Part shown: positions 8,748 through 17,028 of the stretch, in pieces
Layout: each line of letters starts with the position of its first letter
Numbering within the stretch: the stretch's first letter is position 1
Origin: an uncultured Verrucomicrobia subdivision 3 bacterium
GTDB taxonomy: Bacteria > Verrucomicrobiota > Verrucomicrobiia > Limisphaerales > UBA11358
DNA: 64,000 nucleotides
Direction of reading: 5' to 3'
NCBI GenBank assembly: GCA_903827955.1
Contig: CAIKKJ010000061.1
Location: 5,788 to 69,787, forward strand
Program-made: the position numbers and the translations under genes
The notes under the pieces: model-generated
The model's input: the letters and a program-made list of their open reading frames with translations, nothing else
Database searches by the model: none
What the model was told of the DNA's origin: nothing

Positions 8748-9163
8748 TTGAAAACGCCTTTTTGCCGAAGAATAAATTCAAACTTTCGCCGCAAGTCCAT
8801 GCTTCCGAATGTTTGATTCAGTGAAAGATGACATACCACTTCATTATCTTCGGTGCTGGTGCCGCCTTTCGCCTTGGGATTGAGGTGTTCAATGCTGGCA
8901 TTGCTTGGAGAGAGTTTTTCTCCGCAAAAGAAGCAGCAACCGTGCTGAAGATAAAGCAACTTCTGAAGCTTTGAATTGGCCTTAGGCTTTTGAACTGAAT
9001 TCAGTTGCTGTTTCGCATCCGGCTGTAGTTTTATTGAATCAATCATAATCAGATTCATTTCAACAGCAAGCCGCTTTCGCGCTTGATCTTCAGACTTGGC
9101 AGTTATTTGTCCAGCCTTCTTTTTCCCGTCTATGAGTTGTCCCGAGTATGTGAATAAGCTCAT
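8735..9163 (-). CDS. HNH endonuclease-domain protein with short N-terminal GspF/PilC-N-like module
   Basis: 142-aa ORF. The C-terminal half has an HNH-type motif (CCFFCGEKL...ASIEHLNPKAKGG...DNEVVCHLSLNQ). The N-terminus MSLFTYSGQLIDGKKKAGQITAKSEDQARKRLAVEMNLIMIDSI resembles the first ~45 aa of T2SS/T4P platform proteins. ATGA overlap with the upstream gene. GC is ~44% by hand count of six 60-nt lines, against mid or upper 50s in the flanks. Confidence 0.75.
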   Translation of the reverse strand: MSLFTYSGQLIDGKKKAGQITAKSEDQARKRLAVEMNLIMIDSIKLQPDAKQQLNSVQKPKANSKLQKLLYLQHGCCFFCGEKLSPSNASIEHLNPKAKGGTSTEDNEVVCHLSLNQTFGSMDLRRKFEFILRQKGVFKCPQ

Positions 9164-10302
9164 AATTTAGCCTGAGCTTTTGTTTTGACTGCCTCCAGCA
9201 AAATCTTTGTCGGCTTGTTCAGCTTGAGTTTTTTGGCGGCGGCGATTTTCAGCCAGCGGAATTCCTGCGCCTCGTGGTTCAGTTTCACGTCCGCTTTGCC
9301 GGTGACGCGGCAGGTGTAGTTCAGCAAAACAAAATGCGCGTCGCGGTAAAATTCCTTGGAGTGGATGCAATCCTGCACGAGCACGAATTGAATCTGGTTC
9401 ACCTTGAGATTCGTCTCTTCCTTGATTTCGCGGCGTAACGCGGCTTCGCTCGTTTCTCCCAATTTGATTTTGCCGCCGGGGATGCCCCATTTGTTCGACC
9501 ACTTGTGCGTGCGCAACATCAGCACTTCATTTTTGGAATTGAAGATGAGCGCGCCGACGGTGGTGATGGGAAATTCGCTGCGAGGATGGAGGGTGGCGGA
9601 TTGAGGATGGCCGCCGTCTTTTTCCATCTTCAATCCTCCATCTTCCACCCTCGTCTTAGCCGGCGCGGTGAGATGAAAGTTATTTCGCTCCAAAATCGTC
9701 CGCAGTTCGGAGAGATGCTCGACAATCACATCCGGCTTGGCGGCGCGGAGTTGGGCGAGCGTGTTGTAGCCGGTCAGCACAGCGGCGGAATGAATTCCCC
9801 CGTGTTTGGCGGTGGCGATGTCGTGTTCCATATCGCCGATGAAGAGCGTTTCCTCCGGCTTGAGTTTGTTGTCGTGAAGAATTTCGTGGATTTTTTCGCG
9901 CTTGTCCCAGACATCGGTGTAAGGCCGGTCCAGAAATAAATCAAAGCGGTTGCCCTGGCATTGCACCTTGAAATGATCGCCGTGGACGGTGCTCAAGAGA
10001 AACGTCCGCAGCTTGTGCGCGCGGCAAAATTCCAGAAATTTCCGCGCGTGCGGCAGTTCCACCACGGAAGTTTGCGAGCGTCGGAACTCGGCGTGAAACC
10101 ACTCCTCCAACTGCGCCATCGGGACTTCGGGCGTGTGCCGGTCGTAGAACGTGGTGAACGGCAATTGAAATTCCGCGCGAAAAGTATCCAGGGTCATTTC
10201 CGGCTTACCCGCCTGCGTCAAAACGTAGTTGGAAGCTTTTAGAACTGCAGGCAGATCATCCACCAAAGTGCCGGACCAATCGAAAATGATGTTACGAATC
10301 AC
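9160..10302 (-). CDS. Fusion protein: HAD-IA (phosphoglycolate-phosphatase-like) hydrolase + NUDIX hydrolase
   Basis: 380-aa ORF. The N-terminal half has HAD motifs (IIFDWSGTLVDD; LLST; FIGDMEHDI). The C-terminal half has a Nudix box GGKIKLGETSEAALRREIKEETNL. A linker of ~25 aa is encoded by the palindromic element at 9581..9653. Confidence 0.85.
   Translation of the reverse strand: MIRNIIFDWSGTLVDDLPAVLKASNYVLTQAGKPEMTLDTFRAEFQLPFTTFYDRHTPEVPMAQLEEWFHAEFRRSQTSVVELPHARKFLEFCRAHKLRTFLLSTVHGDHFKVQCQGNRFDLFLDRPYTDVWDKREKIHEILHDNKLKPEETLFIGDMEHDIATAKHGGIHSAAVLTGYNTLAQLRAAKPDVIVEHLSELRTILERNNFHLTAPAKTRVEDGGLKMEKDGGHPQSATLHPRSEFPITTVGALIFNSKNEVLMLRTHKWSNKWGIPGGKIKLGETSEAALRREIKEETNLKVNQIQFVLVQDCIHSKEFYRDAHFVLLNYTCRVTGKADVKLNHEAQEFRWLKIAAAKKLKLNKPTKILLEAVKTKAQAKL
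9581..9653. repeat. Imperfect palindromic repeat element (30-nt arms, 13-nt loop) inside the HAD-NUDIX coding sequence
   Basis: Left arm CGAGGATGGAGGGTGGCGGATTGAGGATGG (9581..9610). The reverse complement of the right arm (9624..9653) is CGAGGGTGGAAGATGGAGGATTGAAGATGG. 25 of 30 positions match, and all but one of the mismatches are A/G. The core recurs at 22922..22946. Confidence 0.6.
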
Positions 10303-10395
10303 AGGAGGAATTTAACCGCCCGGACGCCGGGACGCCAAGACAAAGAATTTTTTCTCTGTGTTATCCGCGGCTCTGTGGCAAATTTTCGCCGCGCT

Positions 10396-10974
10396 ATGCT
10401 CATCGCGTTCCACAAACCCTACGGCGTGCTTTCGCAATTCACTAGCGACGGCTCGCCGAACCGTCCGCTCGCGGAATTTGGTTTTCCGAAAAACGTCTAT
10501 GCCATCGGGCGGCTGGATGCCGATTCCGAAGGACTGCTGCTGTTGAGCGACGAGGCGCGGTGGAACGACCGGTTGCTCAATCCGCGCCACGCACACGAGC
10601 GCGAGTATTGGGCGCAGGTGGAACGCATTCCCACGCGCGAAGCACTGGACAAGTTGCAGCACGGGTTAGTGATTGAGGGCCACAAGACTTTACCATGCCG
10701 CGCGTGGCTGCTGGAACCTCAGCCGGAGATTCCGCCGCGTGTGCCGCCGATCCGTTTTCGCAAAAGCGTTCCCGATTGCTGGATTGGCTTGGAATTAGTC
10801 GAAGGCAAGAATCGTCAGGTGCGGCGCATGACGGCGGCTATCGGCCACCCAACGCTGCGGCTGATGCGCGTGCGGATTGGAAATTTCTGGATCGGTGATT
10901 TGCCGGCGGGTCAGTGGCGGATTCTTTCCGCCACAGATGAAACACGGATTGAACACGGACACGGTTCCCGCTAA
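10396..10974 (+). CDS. Pseudouridine synthase, RsuA/RluE family
   Basis: Start taken at ATG 10396 (MLIAFHKPYGVLSQF). Catalytic motif AIGRLDADSEGLLLLSDE, and C-terminal KNRQVRRM...GHPTLRLMRVRIG. Confidence 0.85.
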   Translation: MLIAFHKPYGVLSQFTSDGSPNRPLAEFGFPKNVYAIGRLDADSEGLLLLSDEARWNDRLLNPRHAHEREYWAQVERIPTREALDKLQHGLVIEGHKTLPCRAWLLEPQPEIPPRVPPIRFRKSVPDCWIGLELVEGKNRQVRRMTAAIGHPTLRLMRVRIGNFWIGDLPAGQWRILSATDETRIEHGHGSR

Positions 10975-10983
10975 CTTTAGGGT

Positions 10984-11982
10984 GTGATTCAAATCGCAGA
11001 AATCCAGCCGCGCGCCGGGATGACGAAAGAAAAATTCACGCCGCTCGCGCACGAAATTTTCACGCTCAAGCAACAGCTCAACGCCGTCATCCTCGCGCAC
11101 AATTATCAGGTGCCGGAGATTCAGGACGTCGCCGATTTTGTTGGCGATTCGCTCGGCCTTGCGCAGCAGGCGGCCAAGACGAACGCGGATGTCATCGTGT
11201 TCTGCGGCGTGCATTTCATGGCGGAGACGGCGAAGATTTTGAACCCGAACAAAATCGTCGTGCTGCCGGATAAGGACGCGGGCTGTTCGCTCGAAGAAAG
11301 TTGCCCCGCCCCTGCCCTCGCGAAGTTGCAGGCCACGAATCCGAATTTCTGGACGATTGCCTACATCAATTGCAGCGCGGCGGTGAAGGCCTTGTGCGAC
11401 GTCATTGTGACCAGCGGCAACGCGGAAAAAATCGTCAACGCCGCGCCGAAAGATCGCGATCTTTTGTTCGTGCCGGATGAAAATCTTGGCCAGTGGGTGA
11501 TGGAGCAGACAGGCCGCCCGATGACGTTGTGGAAAGGGAATTGTTACGCGCACGTCGAGTTTCAGCGCGAGCAAGTGCTGGCGGCGAAACGGCAATTTCC
11601 CGATGCGAAAATTATTGTCCACCCGGAAAGTCTGCGCGAAGTGCGCGAGCTGGCGGACGCGGTTTGCTCAACGGAGAAGATGATCACCTACTGCAAGACC
11701 AACTCAGCCAAGCGGTTCGTCATCGTGACGGAGTCAGGCATCATTCACCGGATGCAGAAGGAATGTCCGGATAAAGAATTTCTCTGCGCGCCGGTGTTCA
11801 ACGCGATGAAGCTGCCGACGGACGGCTGCCGTTGCAGTGAATGTAAATTCATGAAAATGAATACGCTCGAAAAAGTTCGCGACTGCATGAAAAACCTCGC
11901 GCCGCGCGTGGAACTGCCACCGGAAATCATCCAGCGTGCCCGCCTGCCAATTGAGCGGATGTTGGAAATTTCTGCCCGGTAA
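10984..11982 (+). CDS. nadA: Quinolinate synthase
   Basis: ORF contains NAVILAHNYQVPEIQDVADFVGDSLGLA...VFCGVHFMAETAKILNP...TSGNA...VHPES...C.. NadA motifs. GTG start at 10984; an alternative ATG lies at 11020. Confidence 0.9.
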   Translation: MIQIAEIQPRAGMTKEKFTPLAHEIFTLKQQLNAVILAHNYQVPEIQDVADFVGDSLGLAQQAAKTNADVIVFCGVHFMAETAKILNPNKIVVLPDKDAGCSLEESCPAPALAKLQATNPNFWTIAYINCSAAVKALCDVIVTSGNAEKIVNAAPKDRDLLFVPDENLGQWVMEQTGRPMTLWKGNCYAHVEFQREQVLAAKRQFPDAKIIVHPESLREVRELADAVCSTEKMITYCKTNSAKRFVIVTESGIIHRMQKECPDKEFLCAPVFNAMKLPTDGCRCSECKFMKMNTLEKVRDCMKNLAPRVELPPEIIQRARLPIERMLEISAR

Positions 11983-11991
11983 AAAATTTGC

Positions 11992-12432
11992 ATGAAACCG
12001 GTTTTTACTTGCTTAGGATTACTGGCCATTCTGGTCATGACTGGTTGTTCGACGATTCCGCCAGCGCAGCACTTTGGAGAATTGGATTTGAGTTCGTTGA
12101 AATCAGCTTACGTCGTCGTCGCTCCGCGCGGAAACCCGAACATCGGCAGCTATATCGTCACGGCACTCGCACATCGGAACATCAGAACCAACATCGGCGC
12201 GCTCAAGGACAAGCCGGCGGATGTGGCGTTTTACGTGACCTACGAGGAGCATTGGAACTGGGATCTCGCAGTCTATCTGGACACTTTGGATGTGAATTTT
12301 TTTGACAATACCACTGGCAAACGGATCGCGAGCGGGGCATTTAGAAACAGCAAGCTGGCCGAGACCTGGCCAAATCCGCGCGACAAGACCATCGAAGTGG
12401 TGGAAAGTATTTTCGCCAGCAATCGCAAGTGA
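11992..12432 (+). CDS. Hypothetical lipoprotein
   Basis: 146-aa ORF with lipobox LAILVMTGC|S at the N-terminus and coding-like composition. No family recognised. Confidence 0.7.
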   Translation: MKPVFTCLGLLAILVMTGCSTIPPAQHFGELDLSSLKSAYVVVAPRGNPNIGSYIVTALAHRNIRTNIGALKDKPADVAFYVTYEEHWNWDLAVYLDTLDVNFFDNTTGKRIASGAFRNSKLAETWPNPRDKTIEVVESIFASNRK

Positions 12433-12473
12433 TTTCTCCCTATTCTACCATTGCCGAACTGTGACCAGATTTA

Positions 12474-12513
12474 TTGTCACATATTTGTAACATTTCCGCC
12501 GTCTAGTTGTAAC
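12474..12513 (+). promoter_or_regulatory. Pho-box-like direct repeats upstream of the porin gene
   Basis: TTGTCAC (12474..12480) + ATAT + TTGTAAC (12485..12491), with a third TTGTAAC at 12507..12513. All are in 11-bp register. Compare the E. coli PhoB box CTGTCAT-A(A/T)A(T/A)-CTGTCA(C/T). Confidence 0.6.
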
Positions 12514-12553
12514 AATGGTGCTTAATACTGCGCCCGCATTTCAAACTACAACC

Positions 12554-13891
12554 ATGACTAAATACAAATCATTTAAACATAGGACGGGCACAGCCATCAT
12601 CGCTGGCGCAGCGGCAACAATAGCTTTGGCCGCTAACAGTCACGCACAGTCTTCGGACGCATTGATCGACAAGCTGGTGGACAAGGGGATTTTAACCACC
12701 ACCGAGGCGAAAGATTTGCGCGATGAGGCGGACAAAAATTTCAACACGGCGTTGCAGGCCAAGACCGGCATGCCGGACTGGGTGACGGGTTACAAGCTGA
12801 CCGGCGACATTCGCGCCCGCTACGACCAGATCACGACAGAGAACACCTCGTTTGCGGAACGTGGCCGTTTCCGCTACCGCCTACGCTTCGGGATCACGGC
12901 GAACATTCTCGACAATTTGGAAGCCGGTTTCCGTCTCGGTTCCGGCGACAGCGCTGGCAACCCGCTTTCGAACAACACCACGGAAGAAAATAATTTCAGC
13001 AAGAAACCACTTTGGGTGGACACGGCCTGGGGCAAATGGACGGCGATCAATTCCGGCGGCTGGACGCTGGCGGCCACGGTGGGCAAGATGGAAAACCCAT
13101 TCGCGCTTACGCCGATGGTTTTTGATAACGACATCACACCGGAAGGCCTGGCATTGTCCGGCAGCTACGTCATCAACGACAAACACACACTGGCCTTCAC
13201 CGGCGCAGGTTTTGTCATGGATGAAGAATCCAAAGGTCAGCATGACCCGGCGATGCTCGGCGAACAGATCATGCTCAATTCCAAATGGAATACGCATTGG
13301 TCCAGCAGCCTCGGCCTCGCGGCGTTCCAGCTTTTGAACCGCGACCAACTCTCGACGAATAATGTCGCCGTCAACAACCAGGGCAATTCCCGCACGCTGA
13401 CCGGCGGATTGATCAACGCCTACACCCCGGTTATCGCCGACGCGAGCGTGACCTACACCTTTGACAGCGTGCCGTTTTACAACGGACCGTTCCCGGTCAA
13501 GTTCGCCGGTGAATATATGAACAACATCGCCATCAACCGCAACAACAACGGCTATTGGGCGGGCGTCACGTTCGGCAAATCCGGCACGCGCAAAACGTGG
13601 GATCTCACCTACCGCTATGAATATCTCCAGGCCGACGCCTGGTATGACCAGATGGTGGATGACGACTTCGGCGTGTATTACAAGAATGCCTTTGCCAGCA
13701 GCGGCTCCGGCTATTTCGGCGGCACAAACATCAAGGGACACCTCGTCAAACTGACGTATTCATTCACCGATTCCGTGAGCTTTACGTTCTCGGCCTTTGC
13801 CAACACGATGGTCAGTGCTGCCGTCACCGGCACCAAGCAACCCACCACCGAAACCCTCCGCATCTTTGCCGATGTGATGTGGAAATTCTGA
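12554..13891 (+). CDS. Outer-membrane porin (putative phosphate-regulated porin)
   Basis: Start taken at ATG 12554 (MTKYKSFKHRTGTAIIAGAAATIALAANSHA, signal peptide) because the Pho boxes overlap the longer ORF start. Alternating beta-strand pattern ending ...LRIFADVMWKF (C-terminal Phe). Sits directly upstream of pstS. Confidence 0.8.
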   Translation: MTKYKSFKHRTGTAIIAGAAATIALAANSHAQSSDALIDKLVDKGILTTTEAKDLRDEADKNFNTALQAKTGMPDWVTGYKLTGDIRARYDQITTENTSFAERGRFRYRLRFGITANILDNLEAGFRLGSGDSAGNPLSNNTTEENNFSKKPLWVDTAWGKWTAINSGGWTLAATVGKMENPFALTPMVFDNDITPEGLALSGSYVINDKHTLAFTGAGFVMDEESKGQHDPAMLGEQIMLNSKWNTHWSSSLGLAAFQLLNRDQLSTNNVAVNNQGNSRTLTGGLINAYTPVIADASVTYTFDSVPFYNGPFPVKFAGEYMNNIAINRNNNGYWAGVTFGKSGTRKTWDLTYRYEYLQADAWYDQMVDDDFGVYYKNAFASSGSGYFGGTNIKGHLVKLTYSFTDSVSFTFSAFANTMVSAAVTGTKQPTTETLRIFADVMWKF

Positions 13892-13909
13892 TTGTCACCA
13901 AATTGTAAC
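13892..13909 (+). promoter_or_regulatory. Pho box upstream of pstS
   Basis: TTGTCAC (13892..13898) + CAAA + TTGTAAC (13903..13909). Same 7+4+7 architecture as at 12474, 50 nt upstream of the pstS ATG. Confidence 0.6.
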
Positions 13910-13959
13910 TAACGTCCGAAAACAAAAATAGTCTAACATTTGAACGTAAAAAATCTGAT

Positions 13960-14802
13960 ATGAAAAAACTGCTCTCTCTCCTGTCATTCGCGGCCTTGGC
14001 CGCCAACCTGCAGGCCGGAACCATCACCGTGAAAGGTTCCGACACCCTCGTCATCCTCGCCCAGAAATGGGCCGAGGTTTACATGGGCGAACACAAAGAC
14101 ACGAAAATCCAGGTCACCGGCGGCGGCACCGGCACCGGCTTCGCCGCACTGCAAGCGCAGCAGACCGATCTCTGCGACGCCTCGCGCAAAGCGAAGCCCG
14201 CCGAAATCGCCAATTGCGTGAAGGTCTTCAACGGCAAGCGCCCGCTGGAATACAAAGTCGCGCTCGACGGCCTCTCCGTCTACGTTCATCCGGAAAACTC
14301 CGTCAAGGAACTCACTCTCGACCAGGTGAAAGACATCTTCACCGGCAAAACGAAAAACTGGAAAGAAGTCGGCGGCGCTGATGCCCCCATCACCGTCTAC
14401 AGCCGCGAAAACAGCTCCGGCACCTACGAGTTTTTCAAGGAACACGTATTGAAAGGCCAGGACTTTGCCGCCAGCGCCCAAACCCAGCAAGGCACCGCGC
14501 TCATCGTCCAATCCGTCATGAAAGACAAAAACGCCATCGGCTACGGCGGCGCAGCCTACGGCGGCGGTAGCAAACTGCTCCCCATCAAAAAGGATGAAAC
14601 CTCCCCCGCCATCGCGCCGACCGAGGAAAATGTCGTCGCCGGCACCTATCCCATCTGGCGTCACCTGTTCATCTATCTCGACCCCGCAAAAGACAAAGGC
14701 GAGATTGCCGCTTATCTGAACTGGATTCGCAGCGATAGCGGCCAGAAATATGTTAAAGAAATCGGCTACTATCCGTTGCCGAAAAATCTCCGCAGCAACT
14801 GA
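13960..14802 (+). CDS. pstS: Phosphate ABC transporter substrate-binding protein
   Basis: 280-aa ORF with signal peptide. TVKGSDTLVILAQKWAEVY...VTGGGTGTGFAAL...SRENSSGTYEFF are PstS-family motifs. Confidence 0.9.
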   Translation: MKKLLSLLSFAALAANLQAGTITVKGSDTLVILAQKWAEVYMGEHKDTKIQVTGGGTGTGFAALQAQQTDLCDASRKAKPAEIANCVKVFNGKRPLEYKVALDGLSVYVHPENSVKELTLDQVKDIFTGKTKNWKEVGGADAPITVYSRENSSGTYEFFKEHVLKGQDFAASAQTQQGTALIVQSVMKDKNAIGYGGAAYGGGSKLLPIKKDETSPAIAPTEENVVAGTYPIWRHLFIYLDPAKDKGEIAAYLNWIRSDSGQKYVKEIGYYPLPKNLRSN

Positions 14803-14836
14803 TTTGATCACCTGTTCCTCCACTGATCATTCCCGG

Positions 14837-14875
14837 CGGGCGGCGCGGTTCTCATTGAGAAACTCGCGCCGCCCG
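14837..14875 (+). other. GC-rich intercistronic hairpin between pstS and pstC
   Basis: CGGGCGGCGCG (14837..14847) pairs perfectly with CGCGCCGCCCG (14865..14875) across a 17-nt loop. It is followed by TTTAACCTTTTCC. Confidence 0.45.
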
Positions 14876-14892
14876 TTTAACCTTTTCCGCAA

Positions 14893-16080
14893 TTGAGTTC
14901 CAACACCGAACAACGCCGCCGCTCCGCTGGCTGGATGGGCATCCATCGCGGTCATCAGGCTCGCCCCGGCGAATGGCTCGCGGAAAAGTTGATCTTCCTC
15001 ATCTCGCTGTCGGCCATCGGCATGGTGCTGCTGATTTTCCTGTTCGTCGCCCGCGAGGCGTTGCCGGTATTTTTCGGCCAGACTGACACCGCCCTCATCC
15101 AGCCCGTCATTCCCACCGCCGAACTGGACAGACATTCCCCTGCCGAACTTCAGCGTTACCTCGAACTAACGCCCGAGCAGTTCACCACGATGGACAAGGA
15201 AACCATCAAGACGCTCATGGACGTGAAAATCGAGGCGCTCAACGACATTCCTGAAAATTTCCGCAACGACCCCGACGCCAAAATCAACACTACCGAATGG
15301 AAATACCTGCTGCGACCTCATCAATGGAGCGGCTACGAGAAACCCGAACGCATCTGGCAGCCCGTAGGCCAGATTAAAAAATTCAACCTCATCCCGCTGT
15401 TCGTCGGCACACTCAAAACAACTTTAATTGGCCTACTTTTCGCCGTGCCGCTCGCCGTGGGCGCAGCGATATACGTTTCGCAACTCGCCCGCCCGCGCGT
15501 CCGCGAAACGGTGAAGCCCGTCATCGAAATGCTTTCGGGTATTCCCTCCGTCGTCACCGGCGTGTTTGCGTTGATTGTCATGGCCACGGTGCTGCAACAC
15601 ATTTTCGGCTACCAGACGCGGCTGAACGCTTTCGTCGCTGGCATCGCGCTGGGCTTCGCCGTCATCCCCGTGATTTTTTCCATCGCCGAGGACGCGCTCA
15701 CCAGCGTGCCGCGTGCCTACACGCAGGCCGCGCTCGCGCTCGGGGCCTCGCGCTGGCAGACCGCATGGCAGATTGTTTTGCCCGCCGCGTTGCCCGGAGT
15801 ATTTGCCGCCAGCGTCCTGGGTTTCGGCCGGGCAATTGGCGAGACGATGATCGTGTTGATGGTCTGCTCCGCCAGCGTGATGTCCTGGAGCATTTTTGAT
15901 TCAGCGCGCAGCATCACCACCACCATCGCCGCCGAAATGGCCGAGGCCGTGAATGGCGGACCCCATTACCGTATTCTTTTCATGCTCGGCGCGCTGCTGT
16001 TCGCGGCAACGTTTGTCTCAAACATGATTGGCGACTTTGTCATCCACCGTTTCAAAAATAAGCTGGAGGGCAAACGATGA
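14893..16080 (+). CDS. pstC: Phosphate ABC transporter permease PstC
   Basis: 395-aa polytopic ORF with the ABC permease EAA-like region (SIAEDALTSVPRAYTQAALALGASRWQT). TTG start at 14893; an alternative ATG lies at 14935. Confidence 0.9.
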   Translation: MSSNTEQRRRSAGWMGIHRGHQARPGEWLAEKLIFLISLSAIGMVLLIFLFVAREALPVFFGQTDTALIQPVIPTAELDRHSPAELQRYLELTPEQFTTMDKETIKTLMDVKIEALNDIPENFRNDPDAKINTTEWKYLLRPHQWSGYEKPERIWQPVGQIKKFNLIPLFVGTLKTTLIGLLFAVPLAVGAAIYVSQLARPRVRETVKPVIEMLSGIPSVVTGVFALIVMATVLQHIFGYQTRLNAFVAGIALGFAVIPVIFSIAEDALTSVPRAYTQAALALGASRWQTAWQIVLPAALPGVFAASVLGFGRAIGETMIVLMVCSASVMSWSIFDSARSITTTIAAEMAEAVNGGPHYRILFMLGALLFAATFVSNMIGDFVIHRFKNKLEGKR

Positions 16081-17021
16081 ACGCGCCAGCCACCAAAAAT
16101 TTTCGCACGGACAAATTCGACTTCTGGTCGTTCTTTTTCTCCGGCCTCACCGGCCTGGCCACGCTGTTCATCATCGGCATCCTCGCGGTGATTCTAGGTA
16201 ACATCGTCTGGAACGGCTGGACCGGAATTTCATGGCATTTCGTCTCCACCATACCGACGAAAGATTTCTTCGACGTGAAAACCACCGGCGTGTTGCCGAT
16301 GATTGTTGGCACAGCGTTCCGCGTGATTGTGATGACCATTTTCGTCATTCCCGTCGGTGTCATCACCGCGATTTACCTGACGGAATATGCATCCAACACC
16401 TCCATCATCACGCGCATCATCCGCGCGGCGGTGAACAATCTTGCCGGCGTGCCGTCCATCGTCTTCGGTCTGTTCGGCCTCGGCTTCTTCATCAACTTCG
16501 TCGGCAAAAACATGGACGCCGTGCTGCATAACACCAGCGCCGTTTGGGGCCAACCCGCGCTGATCTGGGCCTCGCTCACGCTGGCGGTGATGACTTTGCC
16601 CGTCGTCATCGTCGCCACGGAAGAATCGTTGAAAGCCATTCCACCCGGCCTGCGCGAAGCCAGCCTCGCGCTCGGCGCAACCAAACTGGAAACCATTTTG
16701 AAAATCGTTTTGCCACAGGCGCTGCCTGGCATCATGACCGGCGGCATCCTCGCCGTGAGCCGCGCGGCGGGCGAAGTCGCGCCGATTCTTTTCACCGGCG
16801 TGGCGTATTACATGGCGTCGCTGCCGTCGCACTTGAGCGATCAATTCATGGATTTGGGCTATCACGTTTTTGTGCTGTCCACGCAGTCCCCCAACATTGA
16901 ACAGACGCGGCCCATTCTTTACGCCACGGTTCTCGTCCTGCTGATGCTCACGTTTGCGTTGAACATCGTGGCGATTTTGATCCGCGCCCGCGTGCGGAAA
17001 AAACTGCGGGCGATGCATTGA
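16077..17021 (+). CDS. pstA: Phosphate ABC transporter permease PstA
   Basis: 314-aa ORF with ATGA overlap to pstC. Motif [27 protein letters not shown]. Confidence 0.9.
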   Translation: MNAPATKNFRTDKFDFWSFFFSGLTGLATLFIIGILAVILGNIVWNGWTGISWHFVSTIPTKDFFDVKTTGVLPMIVGTAFRVIVMTIFVIPVGVITAIYLTEYASNTSIITRIIRAAVNNLAGVPSIVFGLFGLGFFINFVGKNMDAVLHNTSAVWGQPALIWASLTLAVMTLPVVIVATEESLKAIPPGLREASLALGATKLETILKIVLPQALPGIMTGGILAVSRAAGEVAPILFTGVAYYMASLPSHLSDQFMDLGYHVFVLSTQSPNIEQTRPILYATVLVLLMLTFALNIVAILIRARVRKKLRAMH

Positions 17022-17028
17022 AAGATTT

